A stretch of DNA of 63,788 nucleotides, the filler included, from Nemertoderma westbladi (lineage: Eukaryota > Animalia > Xenacoelomorpha): the NCBI GenBank assembly GCA_032718475.1. It is 3 parts of 3 records of this genome, joined end to end, with 100 filler letters (N's around TTAATTAATTAA, not from the genome) between each part and the next. Parts side by side here need not be neighbours in the genome. Positions count along the whole stretch, not along the records: positions 1 to 29,568 come from JAUCBJ010008057.1; positions 29,669 to 55,417 come from JAUCBJ010002910.1; 1 more part is not named here. One strand, given 5' to 3'. Position numbers and translations under genes: made by a program. Positions 23,801 to 34,800 of this stretch are shown one piece after another. How positions within the stretch are numbered: the stretch's first letter is position 1; each line of letters begins with the position of its first letter. The notes beneath the pieces were generated by a model. That model was not told where the DNA came from, made no database searches, and saw nothing but the letters and a program-made list of their open reading frames with translations.

Positions 23801-26236
23801 ATAAAATATTGAGAAAGTGCATTTATTGTGGTTGCGTAATTGGAACTGATCAAGCAAAGTAATAGACATGGCAACGATTTCCAACGCTAAAGTGTTGGAG
23901 GGAAAGGTGTAAAGGTTCTGACAAACTGTTTTATTATCTTCTCTCTAGTGGTATATAAATGAAACTGTAAGTGAGATTAGTAGATATATTTACATGCGCC
24001 ATCCTGCGGTTGATATTAGTTTTCTTTCGACTTCTTTTGATTTACCTTTTCTGAAATATTTTGTAAGTGATTTTTCTAAATTTTCGAATGGTTCTTTAGA
24101 AATGTCTGCTGGAAACATCAAATCAGATAGTAAATCTAAAGTTTGTAAACCACAATTAGCGATGAACATGTTTGTTTCAGCCTGTAATATTTCGTTCGGT
24201 TCCATTAAATTTCCATCGGCTCTTCTCCATGTAGTTTTACGTAGAATTGTATTGAACATTAATAGATAAGTGTCCCATCTATCTGAATCTGGATTAAATG
24301 CCTTGCAAATGTTTGTAAATTTAGTTCCCATTGCAGGTGCGTTTGCCATTCTCGTAAGTTTGTACCGTAATTTGAGTTTGAGTTACACAATCACAATTAA
24401 TTATCAAAGTTAATTTGATTTGTAAGATTTCAAATTGTAATTTGAAATTAAATTATGTAATTAATATATGTAAAATGTGAATGTGAATCTGTACTCGCAG
24501 CGCTAATGTTGGAGGGAAAGGTGTAAAGGTTCTGACAAACTGTTTTATTATCTTCTCTCTAGTGGTATATAAATGAAACTGTAAATGAGATTAGTAGATA
24601 TATTTACATGCGCCATCCTGCGGTTGATATTAGTATTTGTATTAGTCTAACATAAAGCACAGCTGCCCGGCTGTGTACCAGATTCCCATTCCATTAGTCA
24701 ACTGCAGCCCCAAAAAGCCGATGATCAATAAGTCACACCCACGTCATATTTTTAGTTTTTACCACCACCCACCTTAGACACATCATCACGAAATGTATAC
24801 CACTATATACCCCCCCGCACTATACACATTTAATGAGGCGAACCCAATGTTTCTACACTTCCCAATGATTAAATTAGGATGTTAAACCCAATATTTACAT
24901 TAAATTGGTGACCTACTATAACTACTAATCGGCCTGGCGACCTTGAAGCCTATCCTACAAAGCCAGTGCAATCGCTTCAATACTGGAGTGATGTGGTCCC
25001 TTTTTTGTTGCCCTCTAGAAATAATCACACCGCAGAATTCTGTTCATACAGCATATTAGTACTCAATTTTACCGGTAGTCCAGAATTTCATGTAATTCAT
25101 ATCAAGATCGACCCTTTTCATTTTAAACTCGAATTGTTGTTTAAGCTCTTCCGTTTTACGATCCTTGTCAATTTTTACTTGTTGCCAAACGAATACAGTA
25201 TCCCCTTTAAAACAGACATCGGAAATATTAATTATCATCATGATAAAAATGATGGGATTTACTTACTACTACTTACTGCCTTACTAAAACGAGCCTTAAG
25301 GAGAGATAAAAGGGCGCCCTATCTTAGAAAAGGCACCTGCTTTAAATAGGGGGCAACAATAATATAATACTGTGAACAATTGGAAATAGGGCAACTACTG
25401 TACATTTATTATATCATTATTCATAAAAAAAATTATATCATTCAATGGGTTTATGAAAAATTTTATTACTTGGGGGGGTGGGGGGGGGGGGGGGGGGGCT
25501 TAAAAGTTTGTCTACCCCCGCGTGCTGATAAACCACGCTACGCCTCTGCAACATACCACAGGTAGACCTGGGTTCGCATGGGGTTCTAAATCAAAGCGAC
25601 GTTCACTTCTACTCTACCGCTACCATGCCATGCAATGAAATATAAAGTGATTTTTATTTGATTTAAAGTGAATATGATATTCCTTACAGACACGCTGTCG
25701 AAATTTACCAATTTCGGAAGGGCAGTAGAGGTCGTAATGGTAAGATTTTTAAGGTTGTTAATATTTGAAGAGGTAATAAGTAGTCTTATCTTTTATATAA
25801 CGTTTACTTACCATGTCCAACATTTTTTTTTTAATATGAGAACTCGATTATTTTATCCACCGACTCAACGAAAGAAAGACAATTATCTCTCCTTTATGAG
25901 CCCACCTTATTTCTATAAGTAAAATTTGGAAGCTGCCACACCAACGAATCAGACACCGAAACAGTTGTGATTTTAGATTAAATCTAAATTCCTACATTGT
26001 ATCGTCCTCGTTACTCTCACTCTATACATTCGATCGTGAAACAAACCACTCGTATAACGGTATAAGCTACTTTACAGGCAATTGTCCGATTTCTGATCCT
26101 CGTATCACGCCCGACGGCACGAGGCATTCATTACATTAATGGGAATCAGGAATCAGCGCTCAAGCTCAGCGAATATCAGTCAGAACCATCTCAGATTTGG
26201 CTCAAAAGAGGAAAGAACTCCTATTGGTTGATTTAG
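20881..26236 (+). CDS. Putative 4-exon orphan gene, 132 aa; exons 20881-20945, 22052-22176, 25690-25739, 26078-26236
   Basis: GT-AG sites with compatible phases (2,1,0) give MDDNDVRLTNSPSKDDSDGDTVNKANPG...EEEPDTLSKFTNFGRAVEVVMAIVRFLILVSR...WLI*. No homologue recognised. Confidence 0.4.
22225..23812. repeat. 40-bp tandem minisatellite (~39 copies)
   Basis: Unit aaacacgttcgtgtgtacataaaatattgaaacggaacag; no unique spacers. Confidence 0.97.
23893..24652 (-). mobile_element. Internally deleted Ty3/Gypsy element: 146-bp 5' LTR (24507-24652), PBS-like site, truncated gag (ATG 24349), partial 3' LTR (23893-24020)
   Basis: Direct repeats differ at one position; TG...CA termini; TAAAG TSD at 23888-23892 and 24653-24657. 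FNPDSDRWDTY...CGLQTLDLLSDLMFP...LTKYF resembles a Gypsy gag N-terminus. Confidence 0.88.
24935..25045 (-). mobile_element. L2/CR1-type LINE 3' fragment
   Basis: Reads KRDHITPVLKRLHWL, the typical L2 ORF2 C-terminal motif. Confidence 0.7.
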
Positions 26237-26267
26237 TGTTTCCTCCAATCAAACTAATTCATCTATA

Positions 26268-26298
26268 GTTACCTGGCAACCAGCATAAACAATAAACA
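26268..26298 (+). promoter_or_regulatory. RFX X-box plus two forkhead (FoxJ1-type) motifs upstream of CFAP210
   Basis: GTTACCTGGCAAC at 26268-26280, TAAACA at 26286 and 26293, CCAAT boxes at about 26223 and 26245. Confidence 0.75.
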
Positions 26299-26704
26299 TT
26301 ACGACGGGATGTATGATCAGATAGGCCTAGTGTAACCGAAACCCCCTATGAATGCAGTAACTACAGGAGAAATAATTGCTGCATTATTGTTCATCGATAA
26401 TTAGGGTCTTAACTCTCAAATATGAACTTTAGTATTATTTAGTGTTTAGTCTATTTCTCTATTATCAGCTTATCCTAATGTATGTGTATTTTAGGCCCTA
26501 CATTTTACTTTACTATAATTAAATGTATATCATCTGTATGAGTGCAATCTTACAGTAGGCCTATTATACAATACATTGTGACATACAATAATCTTCAATT
26601 AGACTTTAAACTGTTAATAACCTGTAAACTAAGTTAAACTTCCCGAAAATTGATTCAATTTAACCTGACTTTAATTTGTATTATTAATTAATGAACCAAT
26701 TAAA

Positions 26705-28341
26705 ATGTCTGTAGAAACCAGAATTGCTCATGGGCGGCGTCAGGGTCTAACGAAAAAGATATCTTCAGGAGCGGGTGCCGGTGAAACTGTCCGAAATAAA
26801 AGTTTTATCGCGCGGGGAATGGGAGCGACTACAAGATCAACTGGAGACGATGACCCGGGCTGAGAAGCGTGCGTTAGAGCGGAGAGAGGAGAGGGAATAT
26901 CTGCACAAACTGAGCGGGGATATGATCAAGGATTGGACGAACACGTTGGCTGGACAGAGACAAGTCAAACTCAATCGGATGAAACAGAAAGCGGACAAAG
27001 AGGAGGAAGAAAAACAGAGGTTGGATATAGAAGAGGAAAAGATCCAGGCGCAGAAACGGAAAGAGGTAATTGATAAAGCCAAACTGAGGCAATACTTCGA
27101 GACGGATAAGGTGAAGTCGTTGAACAGCGCCTTGGTTTATACGGAGGCTTTACGAGAGCGCGACGCACAGGTGGCCCGGGCGAGGAAGATGGCGAGCCAA
27201 CGGCTGGACGTCGGGGATGCCGAGAGAGAGGCGGCGACTCGCGCAATGGAGGAGGCATTAAAGGAGGCTGCAGAGGAGCGGGAACAGCGAGAACGCGCGG
27301 CCATCGAGACGAGGAACTTCCAACGACGACAAGCCCAGGAGAAACAATCGGCCTATGATAGAGAGATGATGAGGGATAAAGTCGAGGGGTTGGCATTGAG
27401 AGAAGACGCGGTGCGGTACGAGGAAGAACGTCGTAGGTTGGCGGGTGTCGGTTTCTCAGAAAAACGAAAACAAATGGCGAGTTATAAAAACCAAATCGAG
27501 AATAGGCAGCTCCTCCAGGCGTTGGAGAAGCAGAGAGACGAAGAGGAAAACGATGAGATTAGAATGTACGCCGCGGCAAAAAAGAAGATGACCAAGCTGA
27601 GGAGGGAGAGGGAGTTGAAAATGTTTAACGAAAAGCGAGAAACAGCGGACAGACAGATCGCCCATCTCGCTAAACTCATCGAGAAGTTCGAGTTGGACGA
27701 GTCGGATCGGATTGCCGCGGCGGCGGAACAGAAAGAGCGAAAAAGAGACGAGGAAGATCGGAGGAAAGACGAGAAAATCAAGGCGGCACATCTCGAGAGC
27801 ATAAAGTTTATGAGGGGAGCAGGAAAGGCGACGTCAAGAGAAGGAAGAAGAGGAAAGGAGATTAACGGAGGAGATGTTGTACAAACGAAAAGAAGCGGAC
27901 GAATTATTCCGACAACAGGAAGATGAGAAATCGCAGCGGATATTACAGGAGAAACGCGAACTCAATAAGTTTCTCTTCCAACAGAAACAGGAGCGGGAGG
28001 ACCTATTGGCGAAGCTCCGTAGCGACCAGTTGGAGGTTGATCAACGAAATATCGAGTTGTTGGATCTCGAGGACGAGCAGTTTATGGAGTACGCGGCTCG
28101 AGTCATTCGTGAGGAGAAAGGGAAGGGAGCTCGGAACGTTGTTCCGTTAGAAAGGGCAATGCGGGGTGGCCCGGGAAAGGGAGGCCCTGTGAAATCTCGC
28201 GGAAACATTAAACCTAGCTACCAATCAAAGGAAGGCACAAACGGCCCGGAATTGCCTAACTTTCAAACTGAATCGACCAAAGATATGAAAGACTTGAACG
28301 AGCCGGACCGCTCTAAGAACCATTTAGGGTTCGTACATTAG
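26705..28341 (+). CDS. CFAP210: Cilia- and flagella-associated protein 210 (CCDC173), intronless, with two single-base insertions in homopolymers (~26755, ~27815)
   Basis: HGRRQG, EWERLQDQL, KDWTNTLAG, YFETDKVK, ERDAQ, FMEYAARVI, GGP..RG..KPSYQ, LGFVH all match recalled CCDC173 sequence. ORF-track pieces 26775-27926 and 27874-28341. Confidence 0.88.
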
Positions 28342-28692
28342 ATCCCGACCAACTATTCATTTGGTGCGCTTTTTCTGATGCCTAAATCTCTTGTACCCGT
28401 ATATATTGTACATAATGTGAACAATATTATTATTTATGAACACCCTTTTACTTTATGATAATTATTATTGTTATATATTTTTTAATTATTTTCAATATTA
28501 AATGAAGTAAGTAAAAACCTTACCGGGTATGTAATCATGGCAATCAGCTGAGCGTTCGTGTATTGGGATCACATTACGTCATTATGAATTTGTGCGCAGT
28601 GCTACCCAGTTCTATATCAGATTTAGCCGTGCCGTGTTGGTATTGCGTAACGTCAGTGGCGTAACCACAGGTGGGGGGGGGGGGGGGGGGGG

Positions 28693-28912
28693 GGGGGGGG
28701 AGCAGGACAATTCGGTCCGGACAATTCGGTCCCGGACAATTCGGTCCCATTAATTTTGTGTTTTGGGACCGAATTGTCCGGATACTGACTAGGACAATTC
28801 GGTCCCTAAACATACATATTAATGGGACCGAATTGTCCGGGACCGAATTGTCCGGACCGGATTGTCCGGGACCGAATTGTCCGGACCGGATTGTCCGGGA
28901 CCGAATTGACCT
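28693..28912. mobile_element. MITE-like element built of inverted short subrepeats
   Basis: Blocks of ggacaattcggtcc alternate with inverted ggaccgaattgtcc. Confidence 0.65.
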
Positions 28913-29568
28913 ACATCCGGCATATGTCCCCGGCACTTTTTACACTTTTTATATTCAAATTAAAGTCAAATAATCTTAATAAACTCTGATTGGGTACTAA
29001 ACCCCCGTGAACTGTTTCTGCACTGGCAATATAAGTTAACCTGATTGATGTAAAGGTGTATTTCCATGTTTATACCCTAAATGTCGTTTATTGTTTTGGA
29101 TAGATGATTACATTATTTAAGGAAGAATTCTCGCGCTCTCGTCACTAGTGTTGAGAACTGTAACTGTAATTATACTGTAACTGCAACTGTAACTGAATGG
29201 TTTTGATGATTTTTTTGATACTGTAACTATAACTGTAACTGTAATTGCGAATTTTGAATACTGTAACTGTAACTGAAACTGTAATTACGAATTTTGAATA
29301 CTGTAACTGAAACTGAAATTTACAAAATCCGATTCAGTTCTCAATCACACAATTAACATGAATGAGCATTTAAAACAGTATTGTAATAAAGTATAGAGTA
29401 TAGTTTAATAAATGAATAACAGTGGTTACCATAGGTATCATTTTTAAAACATTGTTATAAAAAAACAATCTAATTTTTCCCACTTCTGAACAAAACCATA
29501 ATATTACACAATATAAAATCAAAGACCCATTGCCCACTTAGCTCAAATGTGATTTATTTGGCGAGTCA

Positions 29569-29668
29569 NNNNNNNNNNNNNNNNNNNNNNNNNNNNNNNN
29601 NNNNNNNNNNNNTTAATTAATTAANNNNNNNNNNNNNNNNNNNNNNNNNNNNNNNNNNNNNNNNNNNN
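29569..29668. other. Artificial contig linker
   Basis: N44-TTAATTAATTAA-N44; the insert has stops in all six frames. Confidence 0.97.
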
Positions 29669-29788
29669 TATCATCGCATTTGAGTCCATACACACACATG
29701 CTTTATGCCACATTTGGATTGAGGGCACAATTTGAATTGAGGACGTCCTCAACTCCAAAAACTTCAGAAATGAAATGCAGACTACAAA

Positions 29789-30163
29789 GGGGCCGTCCAA
29801 GTATGACGTCAGCACTTTAGGGGGGGAGGGGTGTTGGGAAAATCTGATGACGTGCTGATGAGGGGAGGGGAGGGGGTCAGCCAAAATCTGACGTCAGCAT
29901 GTTCATTTATAGGTGCTAGAAGAGATATAGCAGAAGAGTAAATAGCTTGCCTATTTTAATTGTTCGAAGCCCCCGAAGGCCCGTAGCACGACCTTCTGTT
30001 TCAGTTACCAGTCACCATGTTTCAGTGATTAGGACGCGAACATTTTTTAAATCTGATTTAGGGGAGGGAGGGGGGTCAACGCCTATCTGATGACATCTGA
30101 TTTAGGGGAGGGAGGGGGTCAACATTTTGGGGAAAAGTGCAGACGTCATACTTGGACGGCCCC
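29789..30163. mobile_element. MITE with ~22-bp TIRs (PIF/Harbinger-like)
   Basis: ggggccgtccaagtatgacgtc ... gacgtcatacttggacggcccc; 3-bp AAA on both sides. Confidence 0.8.
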
Positions 30164-30778
30164 AAAGTGCAGGTTATTTGTAATTTTAGTTATGTCCTCA
30201 ATTACTCCCATATCAATGCCAGGGGGTGTGTTAGTTTCCTTTGGTGAAATAGTCACATCAGCAATGTTCTTAATGTAATGGAATAATACGGATGATAAAT
30301 AATTCGCTTGGGGGCGCTGTTAAATTAAGTTGGAATTTAGGACCTTAGGTTTATTTGTGAATCAATACTGATGGGAAGAAAAGGACATAGATTTCCGTTG
30401 TATCATGTCGGAATTGAGGACCTCAACTTGACGTAGTGGTTAAATCCATTACCTTGAATTCACTCGGAGGTCGTGGGTTCGATCTACACATACGGGCCAA
30501 GGGATAGTCCGATTCGACATTAATGCTGTAAATGGACTAGCAAGGGCGCCTCTACCGCATTATCTACCGATCTAACTACCCTATCTACCTCCAGGTATAG
30601 TTTCATAACTTTCCATCGCTTAGATTTCAGCTATTGCGCACCATTTATCCATAAAACGGTAACTAAATGAGTACAGAGTACTGGGGTTTCTTTCTTCTGA
30701 GGAAAATAGTTTTGGAGGGACCGCACCTGGCCTAACGGTCGAAGAAAACTTTATTTATGTCACATTAATTAATCTAGT

Positions 30779-31287
30779 AGGGCAGGGATGAGATTACATT
30801 TTATTGGTAGATGTGAGCCAGACACACGTACGTGTGTCTGGCTGGAGGTCAGTTGTTACATGGCAGAGTTGAAATTTTAAAATATTATTTTAATTTAATT
30901 CATTTTAAAAATATTTGGAATATTGTGCATTTATTAAGTAGAATAATTGGTCTGCAGTGAAGCAAATACAAGCAACATTCGAATGTCCATATCTCGGTTA
31001 TTTCCCAACGAAATTCAAACATTTTTACATATAATTTGGAATCCTTGTACGGTCAGCTTTCTCTTGCTATCAACAAAATTGAATGTAACGAATGAAATAT
31101 CCCCGGAGATACTTGTTTAAACGCTTGTACCTAAAGATTGACATTGAGGCATCAATGTGTATCCTCGAGTAGTGGTCGGTGTGTTGTATGTCCTCATCAG
31201 CCATCAGTTTGTAAATCATATTAATAATTGGTTGATTATATAACATCATTGCATAACAACCGGAATCTCATTACATCTCTGCCCTGT
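30779..31287. mobile_element. MITE with short TIRs
   Basis: agggcagggatg ... catctctgccct. Confidence 0.55.
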
Positions 31288-31861
31288 TAGGTTTCTTGTG
31301 AATTATACCGGACCAATGTTTAATATACTCTCAGGATTTGAAGAAGCTTTATAGTATGAAACCATTATATTCTGTTTCACTGTTTCTCGTTACTCAATAA
31401 AGCCAAGCAAATGATCCAATTTTTTCCACAGATATTCCTTTCCTAACATATGTCGATATGAGAGAGACCTTTCAGGCCATTTACTGTATAGGCCTTATTA
31501 ACTCTGCTCTATACCAGTTGAATTTCGGGAGGCGAGCAACAAATGCAACATAATCAAATTACTGTATGTGTCAAAGCACACTCCATAATAGCTGAATTCT
31601 AAGTGAGTGATGAAAAGTTAAAACTATACATGGAGGTAGATTGGGCGGGTAATTATATAGTGCGATAGACAACCGAAAACCAACAGCAGACAACCGAGAA
31701 CAGACAGCAGACAAACGACAGCAGGCAATCGACATGACGAATGAATTACCGACCACTGTAATCGTAGCAGCGACCCGCCTGGTCCATGGATGCACGAAAG
31801 TCATACAATGACATTCCAGATGTCGACATTCTTGATAATGAATGCCGATGAATGGATGATC

Positions 31862-34800
31862 TCAAAGTGATGAGTTGCGTTCTTGCGTTGCAGAGAAAGG
31901 CTGCCAGTTCTACAACCCAATCCTAATATATGATGTGGGTGGGCCGATACATGTTAGCCCATATATCGTATATGTACTGTATGTCTGTAGTGCGTACAGT
32001 AGGCCTACTCTATTATCTAAACTAATATTAAACTGACAGTCTAATTAGTTACATCAGTTCTGGTCTAACTGTGACAGCTTCCTTCCAGGGAAGCTATCCA
32101 TAGGCCACATGGAGCAAGGCAAGGGCAAGAGGTCGAACAATTTAAATGTTTATAATTTAGTGTCTCAAAAGTGAATACAATGTAGAATCAATACATCAAT
32201 CATACAATACATCTCTTGCACAAAATATTCCAACCCACTTATTCATCCTTCACATTTCAATAATTGTGCACCAAACACCGCTTCCCAATTACTCCACACA
32301 ACTAATATAACCTACCTCATTAAGTCATTAGCTGTTTGTAGACTCACTAACCTCCTCTAATTCATCCCGATGAGGCATGACTATTGGCTCAGGTTCTGGC
32401 TCTGGTACGTGATTGGTTACATTATTTGATTGGATAGGATTTTGTTGTCTAGGGGGTTCTGGGGCTGGTTCCATGCCTTCGATCTCTGCTATGATTCGTT
32501 TTGCCTTGGCGCGATGGTCTTTGTCTGCCAAGGCAGATTTATAGTGCGTGGCGCAATATAGGACTTTGTTTAGGGAACATATTGTTAGAGCCCTGAAAAA
32601 TAAGAAGTAGGCCTACAATTAAATAGTTTCAGTTTGAACTGACTTTTTCAGGTTATGTATGTTACCGGGATAATTGCTTCTGTATACAACAGACTACAGG
32701 TTGGCTTAGTTGAGGTTATTCATCAATTGTGATTGTGAATATGAATGAATAAAACATCACAGTTTAATACCATGTACCGGTAACTACTGTACAGTATTAA
32801 TATATGATATAACACCATCTACATTAGAGTTAAATATTTATAATTTATTTTCTTTACTTTTCTAATAGACGTTCATGTGGTTGTTGGGGATGGGCTCCGA
32901 ATTTTGAAGAAAATAATGGCGTGGTGAGGGTTGACAGTTTGTTGTATCAAGTGCGCTGCCCTACAAAGTTTACAGTATCTGTAAAGTAGTGATCGGTGAA
33001 CGTGTGAAACCAGAAACAGCGGAGGCTACCCGAATGCTCCTCTTTTGACTCTTACCTACATATAAGGTAGGGAGGGCGCCACACTAACTCCCAAGGTTGA
33101 ACTCTCCATAACTATCAAACCATATTATCTTTACTCCCCCGCAGAAGCCAGGTTCCCATTATACCGCTGGATTTGAGTATTAGGCACTAATATCTAAAGT
33201 AGCAATGTATCTAGTCTTCTAATCTAATCTACCAGGTATTCCATAATGATTGCCCCCCCCCCCCCCCCCCCCCCCCAAGCCAAAACTTCCAGACATGCAC
33301 CTTAGTGTAATATATCATTTGAAAGATAATTTAATTCTGAGCTTGCATGCAAAAATTTAGGGTCCAATACAAAAGTATAAAAATTTTATAGGCAATTCTT
33401 TAAACCAATCTTATTTTTCAATATTTTTGATTTAATCACAATTTTTAAAAAATATAATTTATCCAGCGTTAGTCATCAGCTTTACAGCCATGTTTTTACC
33501 CTTTGCAGCACGGGGAGCTCCTCGATAGTGGCAAAGGATGTTGGCCCTTAAAAGGGCCGTTTTGGTTTGAGTTCAGACGACCCTCTCTAAAAGTAACATT
33601 TCTGATCCTGACAACCTTACGTTTTTTCTTCAGAGCCATCGAAGATTGCACTGGAACTTGTCATTTTAATTACTTCTGTTAAGCCTAATTCAGTAAAATT
33701 ACCAAAGAAACACTAATACCGGTAACTGAATACTGTAATATATTGCAATACAGCAAAAGTCAGGCAGTAATAACTGTTTAAACAGGGCTGCAACCTGCAA
33801 AGCTGATGACTAACGCTGGATAAATTATATTTTTTTTAATTGTGATTAAATCACAAATATTGAAAGAGATTGGTTTAACGAATTGCCTATAAAAATTTTA
33901 TACTTTTGTAATGGACCCTAAATTTTTGCATGCATGCTCAGAATTAAATTATCTTTCGAATGATATATTACATACACTAAAGTACATGTCTGGCAGTTTT
34001 GGCTGGCCAGGGTGGGGCAATCATTATGGAACACCAGGTAGTATCTAATAAAAAGAAAACTCAAAAAAAGTATCTAATCTATCTATTATCCACCAATACT
34101 CTTTTTAATTTAAATTGCTTTGATGTTTTTATGAGTATTGTATTTATTGAGGATACCCGTAAAGGTGAAGCCCGGATGAGGTGTAGGCCTAACCAATTGA
34201 ATTTTATAACCCAATTAGGGAGCCCAAAAAACCCGCCAGATGAGGTTTCGTTATCTAACGTGAACAATGAATGTTATACAATTATTGCTTGGACGATTCG
34301 CTCAGTTCGTTTTTAGCCTCAAATATTTTTTATTATTAGTACTAAAAATCGCAAAGATAACTTACGTTAACACTTTCTTACACTCGTAACATTTGAGGCA
34401 GTTAATGTGGAAGGTTTTCTCAGAGTCTTCAACCTTCTCCATCGGATGTACTGTTCGCTTACATAGTCCGCATGCGGTAGGTTCCAGTTTCGGTGAGTAA
34501 ACTTGACCAGTCTGCAAAATAAATTAATCTCTGCGTTATTTGTTATTTTCGAGGGAATTAATATTCATGATACTGGTATTGAAAACATCATGTGTTACTG
34601 TAACTATAACTGTAACTGATTTAATTATCAATATGATTTTACATTGTTAGTATACGTATATAGTATACAATATACATACAGTTATTAACATATTCTAAAA
34701 GATTTCACCAAGTAAAATAACTTACACGTTTAATTTCGGGTTTTTTATTGATGTTATTCAATCTTTGAACATAGGCTCCTTGTTTCCCTTTGACTCCGGG

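Noticed and set aside
22201-23884. Long ORFs (up to 557 aa) and a CRISPR-like look of the 40-bp array
   Set aside because: Head-to-tail satellite with no unique spacers and no cas genes; the ORFs arise because the minus-strand unit lacks stops.
25073-25204. Minus-strand exon-like segment DTVFVWQQVKIDKDRK...MKFWTT
   Set aside because: Has plausible splice sites, but I could not link it in frame to neighbouring exons or recognise a family.
26750-27820. Programmed ribosomal frameshifting in CFAP210
   Set aside because: No shared slippery or stimulatory signal; indels lie in homopolymers and go in opposite directions in different genes.
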